NCBI GenBank assembly: GCA_004431415.1
Contig: QPMI01000095.1
Coordinates: 124,001-188,000, forward strand
Reading direction: 5' to 3'
DNA length: 64,000 nt
Source: Cyanophora paradoxa CCMP329
Taxonomy: Eukaryota > Plantae > Glaucophyta
Shown: positions 22,840 through 32,016 of the stretch, piece after piece
Layout of the letters: the number at the start of each line of letters is the position of its first letter
Position numbering within the stretch: the first letter of the stretch is position 1
Made by a program: the position numbers and the translations under genes
The notes under the pieces: generated by a model
Databases searched by the model: none
Seen by the model: only the letters and a program-made list of their open reading frames with translations
What the model was told of the DNA's origin: nothing

Positions 22840-25650
22840 TCAGAGCTCAATTGTGGCCAGCTGCAGGGTGGCCGGAGAAGCAGCAGGCGATCGGGGGCTC
22901 CGAAAATCGGCGCTTGCAATTGTCGCGGACTGCGGGCCTGCAGCTGGCCGCGGCCTTAAGCTTGGGTGGCCGCCGGACTGGGAACCGTTCACGAGAGAGT
23001 CGCGATCGCGGCCGGGCTGCAGTTGCACGCTCGCGCTCGCGATCGAGGGATCGCGAAGCTCGGGGTGCACGTGGGCGATGCCGACGGGCAGGGGGCTGAC
23101 CACGACTGAAGCGGCGAGCTTGAGCGCTGCAGCCGAAGCGCGCTGCTCGTGACTGTAGAGGGAGCCGGCGTCTTGCTTCTTCGCGATCGCTGCCGGGTCG
23201 TCGTGGCCATGGTTGGCATCACCGGCACCGGGCGGCACTGCAATTGAAACGCGCCGAGCGCTCGCGCCGGCAGCCGCGGCCGGCTGCTGCCTAGGCCTGG
23301 CGCCCGCGACCGCGACCGCGACCGCGGGCCGAGGCCCGCGGACGGCCTTGTCCTTGCGGTCGCTGCCGGCGTCGAGCTGGAGTTCTTTGAAGCGCGCCCG
23401 CTTCTCCGCCGCCTTCTTGGCTGCAGCCCTCGATGTGAGGCCAGAATATCAATCGGAATTTCAATTTTAAGGGTAGGGAGCCCCAACCTTCGCGGTCGGC
23501 CCGCATCCTCATCACACACGAACGGCATGTAAGCTGCGAAGAAGGTCACGCGCCCGCCATCCGTGTATGCAGCGCCGGGCGGCCCATGGACGCACGTTGT
23601 AGATGGCGCGAAGGGCGCGGAGCTGGTTCACGACCAGGACGGCCATCGAGAGCATATTCACCACCATAACGCCCGTCGACACCTCGTCCTGCAACCAATT
23701 ACATTGCGATTAGTCGCTGAAATAGAAATTTCAAAGGTATCGGATAGCGAATCGGGCGCTCCGACCTTCTTGTAGTTTGCGTTGCGCATGAGCATGAGAA
23801 TGAGGAGCACGCTCTGCAGCCCGTTCGATGTCATCTGTACAACGTTCTCGACTCTGCGAAGGCTCGATCCGTGAGCTCCAGTAGCATGCATATGCGTGCG
23901 GAACACCGTCGGCGCGAAGACTTGTCGCCGCACGCACCGGTCGATGAAGGGACGGCTGAGGGCGAGGTAGCTCAGGTACGCGAGGTTCACGCCCAGCAGC
24001 GCCCCGAGCGCGGTGCCGGCGTTGGACGAGGCTCCCCGCCCCGCGTGCACGCCTGTGAGATGTCAGATGGCACTGGATGCACAGGAGCGCACGCCTTGCC
24101 CTATCTTCTTAAGCGAGCGGACTGCACTGGGGCGCGCGCACCGAGGATCAGCGAGCTCACGACCTTCTTGAGCGAGTCCAGCATGGCGGCCATGAACCCC
24201 TGCTCGCAAATGTCATGATCAGTAATCCAAAGGTGTGCTGCCTTCAGGAAAACCAATCATCGGACCAGGCGGGCGTAGGCGAAGGCGTCGAACAAGGCAG
24301 AGTAGCGGTTCATAAAATCATTCTGGTCGTACTCCGTCTGCGCCGAGGGTCGATATCAATTATAATATTCGTGCAATACAATTGTAATTTGTGGATCCGA
24401 AGCGTCTAGAATCGCTTGAAATGCGAACCTGCTCCCAGAATCCGCGGCGGGGGTGCTTGAGCGCATTCCAAAAGCGCTGCCACCTCGTCACGCGCACGTC
24501 AGACGGGTCCACAGACTTCGTTTCGAGCTTCTCCGCGATCCGGTCCTCTTTCTACACGTTCGCGCGCACGTGAGCACGAGCTCAAGCGCGAGCGCAAGTG
24601 CGGCGCGCGGCCAACCGTGAAAACGATCGTCTGGCCCATGAGACTCGTCACGAGCATGAACGAACACCCGATGAGGAAGAAACCGGGAATGATGACCTGC
24701 GCCCAGATTACGGCGATGCTCAACGTTGAACCTGCAGCTGTTTCGTATTGACGTACAATCATGATGACGGCGATAGGCGGTCCCCACGACGGCCCCGCGT
24801 TGCCGACCGCCGCAACGCGGGCAGCGTGCAGCACGAGCCCGGGGGAGCACATCATAATGAAGCACAGCTCCAGGAATGGAAACCGCTGCAAGGCCGGTCA
24901 TGGGTAAACAAAGAGCAAAGCCGCGAACGCGTGCGGCGGTCCAGTCACGCACGAAGAGCGGGGGAAGGCGCCCGTCGGACCACTTCTTCAGGGCGGTCCG
25001 GCAGAGGGCTGTGGCGATCCAGCGCAGGATCCAGATCCCAAAGAAGGCGATCGAGGTCCAGAAGATGACCGTGCTGAATTCGTCCGCGTACCTCTGCGCC
25101 GCCGTCCTGCAAGTGCGGATTACTCCGGATCCTGTTTTCGCGGCGCTGCGTCGGAGCATGCATTGCGCGCTCACCGGCTCGAGGTGTTCTGTACCCACGG
25201 CGCGTTCGTCGGCCGCATCAGCGCCCAATCTAAGGGGCAATCACAGTGAGACGACTGCTTGTGGCATTGCCGCGAGCAGAACGATAGAGCGCACTGAGGG
25301 AGTCGCCCATCGCCGACTGGGCCTCCGAGGTCGAGTCGCCGCCGACATACGAGGTCGAAGCGAGGAAGCTCACGTGCTGCGCAACGCGTTCGTCAGCTCA
25401 CTCGGAATGCGAGACCGCGACAGTACACGCATGTATGGCTCGCGCACTCCGATGATTCCCTGCGGAGAGGAAGTATGGATGTCAGCGCACGCGCGAGTGC
25501 TGGTGTCGGCCAAGGAGGCGAACGCGGTGCGGGGGCAGCTGAGCGCTGGGAGCGCGCGCACCACGATGCCAGCCCCGCGGGCCTCGAGGCGCTCCAGCTT
25601 CGAGGCCTCCACCACCTCGAGCTCCTCCAGTTCCTCTGATATCGATCATG
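22840..25650 (-). CDS. Multi-pass membrane protein, TRP-C-terminal/FLC-like, spliced; 5' end not identified
   Basis: Serial hydrophobic exons: FSTVIFWTSIAFFGIWILRW, FPFLELCFIMMCSPGL, VIIPGFFLIGCSFMLV, LLGVNLAYLSYLALSRPFIDR|VENVVQ, VMVVNMLSMAVLVV; the RPF.D...N pattern recalls TRP-like C-terminal domains. Confidence 0.5.
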
Positions 25651-25678
25651 CATATGGATCCAATGTGCACGTGAATAT

Positions 25679-26512
25679 TTATACCAAATTAAAGACTACG
25701 ACATAGCATGAAAAGCGATCACCTTCGTCATTTGCATCAATAGTTGAGCTTTGATATCGATCATGATCGAGAGCAGTTGCTTCAGCTACTGACGTTTTAG
25801 TCACTTCAGATTTCGACTTGCTTTTGACGCCGTTGGCCGTTGCGGGGGCCATTGCGGGAGCCAAGGTTTTTGCGGTTTTCAAATCCGTGGTGTCAACAAC
25901 GATGACTCGAATCTCCGGGCAGTCTCCCGCCAATCGCGATGTCGATTGCAGTGTGAACGCTGTCGACGGCTTCGCTTTGCGCGACCGCTTCTCACGGCCA
26001 GCATCTTTAAACTCGTCTTTGACGACGGGTGTCCCCAACGCCTTAGGAGAGACTGCAGCTGCTAGCGCTGCTGCGGAACTTGACCGACGCCGGGCCCCCC
26101 AGTTGTAAAAGTGGGACGATGGAATGTACTTGCGTGCAGAGTGGGCGATGCGCCGATCACTGGTGCGTGTACCAGTCGCGATCGGAGTGCTGTCCACGCT
26201 CGATCTGGCCAGGGCACGTTCCGCCGCGACGGCGGCAGTCGCGGCAGCCGCCGCGGCAGCGTGATCGAACGCCCCGGCGTGCATGCTTGAACGCCTCCGC
26301 TGCTGCGCGAGATGAAGGTAGATGTCACTGGCGGAGAGTGGCCCTTGAGACCCGCGGCGCCTCGAGCTCGAAGCGACCGACAACACACTGCCCCGCCGCC
26401 GGACATCACTTGCGCATGACGTCGAACCTGCTCCCGCCGACATGGCGCTGGATCGTCTTTGGCCGCGGGTCCCGGCATGCGCATCCGCCTGTTGTATACG
26501 CATGGACCTCAC
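25679..26512 (-). other. Host-like low-complexity ORF or gene fragment abutting the AT-rich island
   Basis: 277-codon Ser/Arg/Ala-rich frame (RRGSVLS, RRRSS) with host-like composition; the frame is open only up to a TAA at 26588-26590, near the island edge. Confidence 0.35.
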
Positions 26513-26773
26513 ACCCGGGCAATTCCGCTTCGCTCCATTGCCCCCGATTCCATGCGTTTCCAGTGTATACCTCCAGCCCCTCTTCAGTTAATTCACCTTG
26601 TACGTCTACGAGACCCTTATTCCCAGGTCTACCAGACTCGGGTCGGAGTCTTAACAAAGAAATATCTAACGACTATTCAGGGCAGAGCTGACAACTTGAA
26701 TAGACGAAGAGGAGCGCTGCCCCCTTGAGCGCGGTCTGTAGAACAACGTGGCAGAATAGGCTAGGCGATATTA

Positions 26774-26875
26774 ATGAGTACAGAGAAGCTAAACGAGGAA
26801 ACGTGTTAAGCTCTAGCTAGATGTAATTGATGTGTACAGAGAAGCTAAACGAGGAAAAAGCGTTAAGCTATAGCC
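26774..26875. repeat. Two-copy direct repeat, 56-bp period, near the left end of the island
   Basis: Identical 24-mer GTACAGAGAAGCTAAACGAGGAAA at 26778-26801 and 26834-26857, each followed by GTTAAGCT(C/A)TAGC. Confidence 0.92.
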
Positions 26876-26914
26876 GCACGTAAGGACGGGCCCCCAGAGC
26901 GGTCTGCTGCGGCC

Positions 26915-27259
26915 TCATTCCACTTGATCTGGTTGCTTTTCCGAAACTGGAGTCTTCTCCTTTCTGAAACTTGATAGCAGGGACTTCTTTCTTTTCAGGG
27001 GCTTTGGGATATTTGGGGATGGCCAAGACGATCTTCGGTTATCAGAATCAAGCCACGGTACAGGTGAGTCAGATCGCGTAAAAGGAGAATTGGACCTAGA
27101 AGTCCCGGGTGTGTTATTAGGCGATAGCTGAGTATCAGGGGTGCGCGACCCCTCAGTGTCAGATATTTCGAGGTTAATAGTTGTCTCGCAGCAACTGCAT
27201 TTCAATTTGCTGGTGACGTTGAGATGGAACATGTCCATGCATTTACGGAGCAGATCCAT
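26915..27259 (-). CDS. Hypothetical viral protein, 114 aa, KCSCC motif and Ser/Pro-rich basic tail
   Basis: Intronless ATG ORF, co-directional with and 33 bp downstream of the fibre-like gene. Confidence 0.65.
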   Translation of the reverse strand: MDLLRKCMDMFHLNVTSKLKCSCCETTINLEISDTEGSRTPDTQLSPNNTPGTSRSNSPFTRSDSPVPWLDSDNRRSSWPSPNIPKPLKRKKSLLSSFRKEKTPVSEKQPDQVE

Positions 27260-27292
27260 CTACAAGGGGTAGTATATATAAAAACAAAGATT

Positions 27293-28129
27293 CTATGGGT
27301 TGGGATCAGCCCCTCCAATTGGAAAGTAACGATTCGAATTGAAGGTCTCACCATACTTGACCCCGCTTGCAATCACATCTGTTCTTTCGGCAAATAGAAT
27401 AATTTTGTAGGCGCCCATAAGCGTAGCCCTCACAATAAACTGGTAATCTTCAACCCCCACTGGAGTAGAATGGAAAGCAACACCAAAATTGTCAATAGGA
27501 TTGATTAAAACAGCTATGTTTGGCCGGAGAGCATCATTTCTCCTACAAAGGAAGTAGATATCCGGAGGAATATCAACAACACTCTTGAAATGGTTTCCGA
27601 GTGGCTGAACGTTATCTACGATTGATGTTTGCTCATTTATGTTTAGCGTGAAGACTTTGATGATATAAGGCAAATTCATACCAGGAACATACGTTCTGAT
27701 TCTTTCATTAGTGTTTTCAGGGTTTGGTTGATCATTAACAAAAATAGGGGCGCAAGCAGCTCCGCCCACTCGAAGGCCATCTCCAATATATGCACCTCCA
27801 GACCTGCAGGTCACAGCCCCTGTTCTTGATTCATAGGTAAACGTGTTAACCTTGTTAGCGTCGTCATAGCTATCAGGATCCCCATAATGTGCATTAAAGT
27901 TTGCATTAGTTACAAGGAGATTAGTCGTTTTAATAGTGCCATTATTTTTGTCGCAGCGGACTTCTCCTAAACGTAATATGTGATTCTCCCGGAATGTGTT
28001 TAATGTTGGCTGTTGCTCTGTAGACTCTAGGCCAGGCACGTCGTCGGAAACGGCATGCTGCAGAACATGATTTACTGGTGCAGCAAGGGTTAAAGTTGGA
28101 ACAACAATTCTTTCAACAGCTTCAGCCAT
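27293..28129 (-). CDS. Fibre-like paralogue 4 (278 aa): shared N-terminal domain plus non-C1q head
   Basis: HAVSDDVPGLESTE..ILRLGEVRCDKNNGTIKTTNLLVTN..GAVTCRSGGAYIG is shared with three neighbours; C-terminus RTYVPGMNLPY..GAYKIILFAERTD is shared with paralogue 3. Confidence 0.8.
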   Translation of the reverse strand: MAEAVERIVVPTLTLAAPVNHVLQHAVSDDVPGLESTEQQPTLNTFRENHILRLGEVRCDKNNGTIKTTNLLVTNANFNAHYGDPDSYDDANKVNTFTYESRTGAVTCRSGGAYIGDGLRVGGAACAPIFVNDQPNPENTNERIRTYVPGMNLPYIIKVFTLNINEQTSIVDNVQPLGNHFKSVVDIPPDIYFLCRRNDALRPNIAVLINPIDNFGVAFHSTPVGVEDYQFIVRATLMGAYKIILFAERTDVIASGVKYGETFNSNRYFPIGGADPNP

Positions 28130-28191
28130 TATTGTTATGACTTAAAGAAAATGAATGTATAGAATAACAAGGCAACAGGAAGGCTAGACAG

Positions 28192-28719
28192 ATGGAGATC
28201 GAAATTCCCAATGGAGCGATTGCAATTCCAATTTACGGGCAAAATGGGATAGTAGCACATTCTTTCATACTAGCAGCTGATGCTGAACTAGTTAATGAAA
28301 AACGTTGGCAGCTCGATAAATATGGTTATGCTATATGTAGTATTATTGTAAACGGAAAGAGGACAACAATGAAAATGCATAAGTTAATTGTAGGATCAGT
28401 CAACCAAGGGTTCTCTATTGATCACATCAACTGTAATAAACTAGATAACAGACGTGAAAACCTTCGCCTTGCTACAAAAAGGCAGCAAAATTTGAATCGA
28501 TTGCTTCAAAAAAATAATTCAAGCGGGTTTATAGGAGTAAGCTTTTACAAATCTATGAACAAATGGCAAGCTAAACTTAGAATTAATGGTCGAAAGAAGC
28601 ACATTGGATATTTCTCAACTGCGGAAGCTGCTGCTAAAGCTCGTGATCAGTATGCACTTGAGCACACTGCTGAAGCTGACCGTCCATTTATACGTCTAAA
28701 TTTTCCAGCTGAAGCATAA
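28192..28719 (+). CDS. HNH endonuclease with C-terminal AP2 DNA-binding domain
   Basis: MHKLI..IDHINCNKLDNRRENLRLAT..QNLN (HNH-type) followed by SSGFIGVSFYKSMNKWQAKLRINGRKKHIGYFSTAEAAAKARD..LNFP (AP2). Confidence 0.93.
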   Translation: MEIEIPNGAIAIPIYGQNGIVAHSFILAADAELVNEKRWQLDKYGYAICSIIVNGKRTTMKMHKLIVGSVNQGFSIDHINCNKLDNRRENLRLATKRQQNLNRLLQKNNSSGFIGVSFYKSMNKWQAKLRINGRKKHIGYFSTAEAAAKARDQYALEHTAEADRPFIRLNFPAEA

Positions 28720-28729
28720 ACGTTCTTTC

Positions 28730-29578
28730 TCAAGCTATAGGATTTTCAGGACTGATCTCGTCGTACATATTATTCAGTGCCGGATCAGGGTTTAATCCTC
28801 TAGTGGCCACTGATGCAGCCACATCGGAGCGATATCCGATTATTAGGATAGAATATCTGCCTATAGCAGTAGCATATAAATCGAAAAGATGCCTTGTATT
28901 AATATTACGAACTACATATCCCCGCCCAGCGTGTCCTAGACCCTGTACAAAGAATGTATAGACATGGCCTATTTGATCATTTTGATCCTGACAGAGCGAT
29001 TGAAGTGCCTTGGGGATTTCTCTGTTTGAAAGCAACCTCTCACCATCCAGACCATTTGGTGTACTTGAATTAGCTATTGTTATCTCAACTTCTACTAAAG
29101 CCTGTGCATAGGGAAGGTCACAGCAAGGTACATACATGCGAACTCGTTTACGATTTTCAGCATTTTCTAATGAAAAGTCTGGGACATCATTGATGGCAAT
29201 CGATGATGATAGGCCCCCACTAACTCGGCAGCCTCCTAAAATAGCTGCTCCCCCAGAGCGCACAGTGAGGGCAGCAGTGTTTTGATCATAGTTTATGCTT
29301 CGGAGGTCAACACTGTACGAATCAACTCCCCCTGTTATGGGCTGGGAGAAATTCGCGTTAGTAACTAATAATCGTGTTGTTTTTACAACCCCAGAGTTTT
29401 TATCTGCGCGTAATTCTTTACACCGAATCACAGATCGCTGATCAAACGCATTAGTTGAGTTTGGACGCTCAGTGGACTCTAATCCAGCAATAGCATCGCT
29501 AACTTCATGCTGCCTCATATGGATGGCTGGGGAGCCCAGCGAGTAGATAGGTAGTTGGACCCGATTGTACTCGGTCAT
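28730..29578 (-). CDS. Fibre-like paralogue 3 (282 aa from the ATG): shared N-terminal domain plus non-C1q head
   Basis: HEVSDAIAGLESTE..VIRCKELRADKNSGVVKTTRLLVTN..AALTVRSGGAAILG; C-terminus RMYVPCCDLPY..GRYSILIIGYRSD. ATG 29578 chosen by alignment with the paralogues. Confidence 0.8.
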   Translation of the reverse strand: MTEYNRVQLPIYSLGSPAIHMRQHEVSDAIAGLESTERPNSTNAFDQRSVIRCKELRADKNSGVVKTTRLLVTNANFSQPITGGVDSYSVDLRSINYDQNTAALTVRSGGAAILGGCRVSGGLSSSIAINDVPDFSLENAENRKRVRMYVPCCDLPYAQALVEVEITIANSSTPNGLDGERLLSNREIPKALQSLCQDQNDQIGHVYTFFVQGLGHAGRGYVVRNINTRHLFDLYATAIGRYSILIIGYRSDVAASVATRGLNPDPALNNMYDEISPENPIA

Positions 29579-29632
29579 TTGATAGAACCGCGAGAGAAAA
29601 ATAAATGAGGTTGCAGACAAGAGATAGCTTCA

Positions 29633-29896
29633 CTACTCTTCTGTGACATTGTTATACTCGATGCCTTTCTTTACTGTTCCCCTTTGGAATGCCTGTAACA
29701 CAATGGCTTCCTTTGAGGTTGGTATTTGAACTCCTGATGAGATGCAAGATTGAATCTCTTTTTGAACAATCTCCTCAATTGCAATTCTTGCCCTGTTATG
29801 AACAACATTATCAATCCAATCCTGAACAGAAGCAGCGCAATATTCCATTCCCAAATTTTCGGTATCAGATAGAACCACGTGGTATATATTCGACAT
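29633..29896 (-). CDS. 87-aa phage-like small protein, putative fibre partner or chaperone
   Basis: LSDTENLGMEYCAASVQDWIDNVVHNRARIAIEEIV..QIPTSKEAIVLQAF resembles, from memory, small proteins encoded after C1q tail-fibre genes in aquatic phages; starts 20 bp after the C1q gene stop. Confidence 0.72.
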   Translation of the reverse strand: MSNIYHVVLSDTENLGMEYCAASVQDWIDNVVHNRARIAIEEIVQKEIQSCISSGVQIPTSKEAIVLQAFQRGTVKKGIEYNNVTEE

Positions 29897-29916
29897 TCTA
29901 TATTACATGTAGATAA

Positions 29917-30939
29917 TTAAATTATGCTCAGCAATTCGCCACTAAACGTTGTGAATTCTGAAATGTAAGTATCAACAGCATAAATAGAGACATTATCCCC
30001 GGCTCCAAGTCTAAGTATTGCGCTCAAATTGATTGTTTTGTTGGTTACTGTTTGAGAGTTGTTTACCCTAAAATTGAATTCTGTTGAAACATTTGCATCA
30101 TTTACTTTCAGATCTACACTCACAGATGAGGTAACAATACTATAAGAATTAAGAGAGAATCTATAATCTCCACTAATAGGCGCTGTAAATTTCCCTTCTA
30201 CTACATCGAATGAGTTGGTATTATCAAAGAATTCATGCAACCAATTCGTAAGGCGCCCATATACTCCACTTCTTGTTGCTACACCAAACCCAACACAAAA
30301 TCGAGGTTGGGTTTCTTGCTTCAAATAAAAGTTTGCTGCGATTGTAAGACCCCCTGCATCAATTCGTGCGACTTCTGTGCTATTTCGTTTCAGAATCAAA
30401 TCTACATTTGCTCCTGTATCTATTTCAGGTGTTTGTATCTTTGTGGTTGTGGTCATCACAGGGACTGTATAAGTAGGAACAAAAAGCCCACCATTTGCAT
30501 TCACAACACCTGTAAATGTTGTTGTTCCTGAAATTGAAACATTTGTAGCTGAGAGTGTTCCATTCACAAAAGCTCCCGAACCTATCCATGCTCCACCTGA
30601 TTTAACAACAAGTGCTGCATTATTTTCTGTCCCATCAAAAGTAACAATTTGTGGTGTGGTCACCCCACCTGCATCATCATAAATAGCTGCATCAGCAACT
30701 ACACCACCTGTTAAAACCTGATTCTTGTTACTTACGATTAATTGTGTGGTTCTTATTTTTCCAGCATTTCTATCACATCGAATTTCCTTGCATCTGATAA
30801 TTGAATTTTGAGTAAATGAATCTGCCCCTGTGGTCTCTGTGCATATAAATCCAGGTATTGCATCTGTTACTGTGTGGTTCAGTTGATGCAATTTCGGTGC
30901 TGCATAACAGAAAACAGGAACTGCGATTTGGGTAGCCAT
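29917..30939 (-). CDS. Fibre-like paralogue 2 (340 aa) with C-terminal C1q domain
   Basis: Shared N-terminal domain (DAIPGFICTET..IRCKEIRCDRNAGKIRTT..ALVVKSGGAWIG), beta-rich stalk, then PRF..FDNTNSFDVVEGKFTAPISGDYRFS..LRLGAGDNV..TTFSGELL (C1q consensus). Confidence 0.88.
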   Translation of the reverse strand: MATQIAVPVFCYAAPKLHQLNHTVTDAIPGFICTETTGADSFTQNSIIRCKEIRCDRNAGKIRTTQLIVSNKNQVLTGGVVADAAIYDDAGGVTTPQIVTFDGTENNAALVVKSGGAWIGSGAFVNGTLSATNVSISGTTTFTGVVNANGGLFVPTYTVPVMTTTTKIQTPEIDTGANVDLILKRNSTEVARIDAGGLTIAANFYLKQETQPRFCVGFGVATRSGVYGRLTNWLHEFFDNTNSFDVVEGKFTAPISGDYRFSLNSYSIVTSSVSVDLKVNDANVSTEFNFRVNNSQTVTNKTINLSAILRLGAGDNVSIYAVDTYISEFTTFSGELLSII

Positions 30940-30961
30940 CTATAAAGTCCCAACAAAAAGT

Positions 30962-32008
30962 TTATAATCTACTGATGAGATGCCCCCCAAAACAGGTAAT
31001 ACCTTGTATTGTAGCATCATATTGTATGGATGATGTCCAGGTTTGTATAACATTCACAAATTCGTTCGCATATACAGCAAAAAAAGCCTCCATATGAACA
31101 CTCCGCCTTCCATTGTAAGTTGAAAATTCTTGAACCGATTGAGGGGAAAGAGCCAAATCATTCTTTCTAAATGCAACTCTACACTCACCTGTGGATGATG
31201 CTGTTGACATTTGAACAGTAAAGAAGAATCTATAAATTCCTGAGACAGGTGCTGTAAAAGTGCCTGTGGACAATGTGATATTATTGCTTGCATCTACAAG
31301 AGTTCTATTAAAAGTGAATCTCCTTGTTGGTAATGTAGTTCCCACAGTAACTGCTGATGTTGAATAATTAACAATACAAAACCGAGGGTGAGGAGCTTTC
31401 AGATATTTAATAAGATTTATTGAAGGGGAGACATTGTTTATGGTTGCTGTAACCACTGTATTTCTCTTAATAGTAAGTGCATCCGTTGCTTCAATTTCAG
31501 GTGTGTTCAACATTGTGGAAAAGACACCAACACCAACTGAAAAACTACTCGCATTATACCCACCCTCAAAATTTATTGGACTCTCAAATATTCCACTTTC
31601 AGCATTTAGTATGGATGCTGTTACTGTTCCATTCACCTTTAATGCCTCTCCAAAGTATGCTCCTCCACTTTTCACCACAAGAGCGGAACTATTGCTTGTG
31701 TTACCAAAAGTAAATATCTGTGCTGTGGTAAATCCACCTACATTATCGTATATTGCTGAATCGGGGACAACCTGACCCGCTTGAACCTGATTTTTATTCG
31801 AGATAATAATACCTGTGGTTCTTATCTTACCATTATTGCGATCACATCGAATTTCTTTGACTCTGAGAATATTGTTCTCTGTAAAAGATGTATTGCTTGT
31901 GGTTTCAGTGCAAATAAAACCGGGTGTTGAATCAAAGACTTCATGAGAGGTGCTATGTAGTGATTTCGCGGCGAGTTCATAGTTTGGGATCTCTAAAAGG
32001 GAGGTCAT
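30962..32008 (-). CDS. Fibre-like paralogue 1 (348 aa from the ATG) with C-terminal C1q domain
   Basis: DSTPGFICTET..LRVKEIRCDRNNGKIRTT..ALVVKSGGAYFG, then PRF..TGTFTAPVSGIYRFFF..TCFGGHLI. ATG 32008 chosen by alignment. Confidence 0.88.
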   Translation of the reverse strand: MTSLLEIPNYELAAKSLHSTSHEVFDSTPGFICTETTSNTSFTENNILRVKEIRCDRNNGKIRTTGIIISNKNQVQAGQVVPDSAIYDNVGGFTTAQIFTFGNTSNSSALVVKSGGAYFGEALKVNGTVTASILNAESGIFESPINFEGGYNASSFSVGVGVFSTMLNTPEIEATDALTIKRNTVVTATINNVSPSINLIKYLKAPHPRFCIVNYSTSAVTVGTTLPTRRFTFNRTLVDASNNITLSTGTFTAPVSGIYRFFFTVQMSTASSTGECRVAFRKNDLALSPQSVQEFSTYNGRRSVHMEAFFAVYANEFVNVIQTWTSSIQYDATIQGITCFGGHLISRL

Positions 32009-32016
32009 CTTTATAA

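Noticed and set aside
22570-23190. Cyanobacterial HIP1 (GCGATCGC) sites
   Set aside because: A few copies are expected in GC-rich, palindrome-rich DNA; no enrichment shown.
27293-32008. Diversity-generating retroelement or invertase shufflon acting on the fibre heads
   Set aside because: No reverse transcriptase, recombinase, or near-identical template/variable repeat pair is visible.
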